Of a stretch of 64,000 bases of DNA, positions 62,325 to 64,000 are shown one piece after another. The stretch is from an uncultured Clostridia bacterium (GTDB taxonomy: Bacteria > Bacillota > Clostridia > Christensenellales > Borkfalkiaceae). The stretch lies in NCBI GenBank assembly GCA_930990665.1, contig CAKNQN010000006.1, positions 17,122 to 81,121 on the forward strand. Direction: 5' to 3'. Each line of letters starts with the position of its first letter. The stretch's first letter is position 1. A model generated the notes under the pieces. That model ran no database searches, was not told the DNA's origin, and was given only the letters and a program-made list of their open reading frames with translations. A program made the position numbers and the translations under genes.

Positions 62325-62333
62325 GGGGGAATC

Positions 62334-63989
62334 ATGAAAAAGATCTTGTGCGGCCTTTGGATGCTGCTTGTGCTCTGCTGTGTTTGCGGGGCGCTTGCAG
62401 GCTGCCGCTATCGTTACAGCGACGAGACCGACCCGCAGAAATACCTTTCCTTCGAACGGCTGGAGGACGGGACCTATGCCGTGACCGGCTTTTCAGACAG
62501 AAAGGTGAAGAACCTCGTCATTCCCGCCGAACACGACGGAAAACGGGTGACAAAGGTCGCGGAAAACGCCTTTTACGAAAATCTGTACTGGAACCCCGAC
62601 CGCGGCGCCGTACAGACGCTCACCATCGAAGAGGGGGTGCGCGAGATCGGCGAAGAGGCCTTTTACGGGTGTCGCTTCGCGAGGATGTCCTTGCCCGATT
62701 CGATCGAGATCGTGGGAAGCGAGGCCTTTTACGAGGTGCCCGCCTCCTTCATCCTGCCCGCCTCCCTGCACACGGCGGACAAGAGCGCCTTCTTGGGCAG
62801 CGGTCTGTACGGCGATCTCGACCTCAACGGCGTCACGTTCGGCGAATACGCCTTTTCCGACACAGACGTGCGGAGCGCGGAGATCTCTTCCGACGTGCCC
62901 GACGGCGCTTTTTTTTCCTGCAAAAAACTCGCCTCTCTGACGCTGAAAGAGGGCGTCGGAAAGATCGGCGATTCCGCTTTCCGCGGCACGGCGGCCGAAA
63001 AGGTCATCTTCCCCGCCTCCCTGACGTCGATCGGGGCATCCGCCTTCGCCGAAAGCGCCCTGACCGAAGCCGCCCTTTCGGGGCAACTCGGCAGCCAGGC
63101 GTTTGCAAACTGCATCGCCCTCCAAAAGGTGACCCTTTCGGGGAATATGAATTTCGGCGGTTCCGTCTTTCAGGACTGCCCCGCGCTGGATACTCTCCTT
63201 TTCTCCGATTTTTCCTCCCCCTTCGACGCGGAGATCTTTCAGGGCTGCCCCCTCGGCAGCATCGCGACAGAGGGGGATTGCGGAGAATATTTTATCAAAG
63301 ACGGCTGCCTTACCTCCCGAACCGACGATATGCGGCTGCTGCTCGGCGGAAGTCGCGCCATTGACATTTCCGACTGGAAAGAGATCGGAGACTATGCCTT
63401 CGCGGGCAGAAAACTCGGCACAGTCCGCACGGGCGGCGAGCTGAAAACGATCGCGTACGGCGCATTTTACCGGGCGGAGATCGGAGAAATGTACGTCGGC
63501 TGCGACCTCATCGAGACCTACGCTTTCGCCTATGCAAAGTTCGGAAAAATCAGGATCTGCGCCGCGGAGATCGCATCGGAAGCCTTCAAAAGCGCAACCT
63601 TTTACGACGGGACCGTTTTTCTCGAAGAGGGATGCCGCATCGTGCGCGAATCCGCTTTCACCAACTGCGATATCCTCACCCTCCGCCTGCCCGCCTCCCT
63701 CGAAAGGGCGGAAACTTGGGCGTTCTATTCCGTTTCGGCCGTATACTACGACCTGCGCGAAGGGACCCCCATCCCGCTCGACACCTCCGTTTTCTGCAAC
63801 ATCATCTCCGTCCGCGAACAGGGCGGGCGCTACATCGAGTTTTCCCTACCCGAAAACTTCCGCTTCTATGTGCACGCGGCCCTCTACGACGCCTGCAAAG
63901 CCGAATGGAACGCCCGCCCTGTCTTTACCGTAAAGAACCAGACTTACGTCTACCGCGAAAGCCTCTCCGATTACCTGGTCGCCGTCTGA
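62334..63989 (+). CDS. BspA-type leucine-rich-repeat (LRR_5) surface lipoprotein
   Basis: Lipobox LAG-C; repeated IG..AF / LP.SL motifs; LVIPAEHDGKRVT cap. Confidence 0.9.
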   Translation: MKKILCGLWMLLVLCCVCGALAGCRYRYSDETDPQKYLSFERLEDGTYAVTGFSDRKVKNLVIPAEHDGKRVTKVAENAFYENLYWNPDRGAVQTLTIEEGVREIGEEAFYGCRFARMSLPDSIEIVGSEAFYEVPASFILPASLHTADKSAFLGSGLYGDLDLNGVTFGEYAFSDTDVRSAEISSDVPDGAFFSCKKLASLTLKEGVGKIGDSAFRGTAAEKVIFPASLTSIGASAFAESALTEAALSGQLGSQAFANCIALQKVTLSGNMNFGGSVFQDCPALDTLLFSDFSSPFDAEIFQGCPLGSIATEGDCGEYFIKDGCLTSRTDDMRLLLGGSRAIDISDWKEIGDYAFAGRKLGTVRTGGELKTIAYGAFYRAEIGEMYVGCDLIETYAFAYAKFGKIRICAAEIASEAFKSATFYDGTVFLEEGCRIVRESAFTNCDILTLRLPASLERAETWAFYSVSAVYYDLREGTPIPLDTSVFCNIISVREQGGRYIEFSLPENFRFYVHAALYDACKAEWNARPVFTVKNQTYVYRESLSDYLVAV

Positions 63990-64000
63990 CGCCACGATGA

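Noticed and set aside
1-64000. tRNA, rRNA, intact IS or integrase genes
   Set aside because: None recognised by eye. A covariance-model scan was not possible, so small RNAs may have been missed.

Overview
This is a GC-rich chromosomal window from a spore-forming, anaerobic Clostridia-type (Bacillota) bacterium. The evidence is a CIRCE operator, Rex, bofA, a SPOCS-LysM protein, veg and sigmaE/sigmaF-like promoters. The style suggests Christensenellales/Borkfalkiaceae, which is inference only. The left ~27 kb is a Gram-positive polysaccharide-utilisation locus, almost all on the minus strand. It encodes two GH78 and one GH106-like rhamnosidases, a DUF4838 protein, a truncated pectin-lyase-fold/GH28-like gene, two unclassified GH-like lipoproteins, an SGNH esterase, a surface glycerophosphodiester phosphodiesterase, a 1186-aa Ig-domain surface protein, a sugar ABC transporter and two divergent AraC regulators. 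The rest is mostly housekeeping: Crp/Fnr, tcdA, an EF-G paralogue, Hsp20, bofA, rex-adhE-kinase, yfhO, ispE, a sipL-like gene, veg, rplM-rpsI, pckG, cysE-alaS, DeoR and a BspA-type LRR lipoprotein. I saw no tRNA, rRNA, intact mobile element or true CRISPR array. The main leads are: (i) a shared Gly-Gly-Cys-Ser + TM + basic C-terminal motif on two surface proteins, a candidate non-sortase sorting signal in a monoderm; (ii) the rhamnosidase + phosphodiesterase + esterase gene content of the PUL; (iii) an IS3-like HTH fused to DUF4838; (iv) a DeoR gene whose best-placed start codon is ACG; (v) a double Zn-ribbon protein with a hyper-acidic tail; (vi) many locus-specific intergenic tandem repeats, including a 101-bp higher-order array. 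All family calls come from motifs read by eye. No database searches were run.
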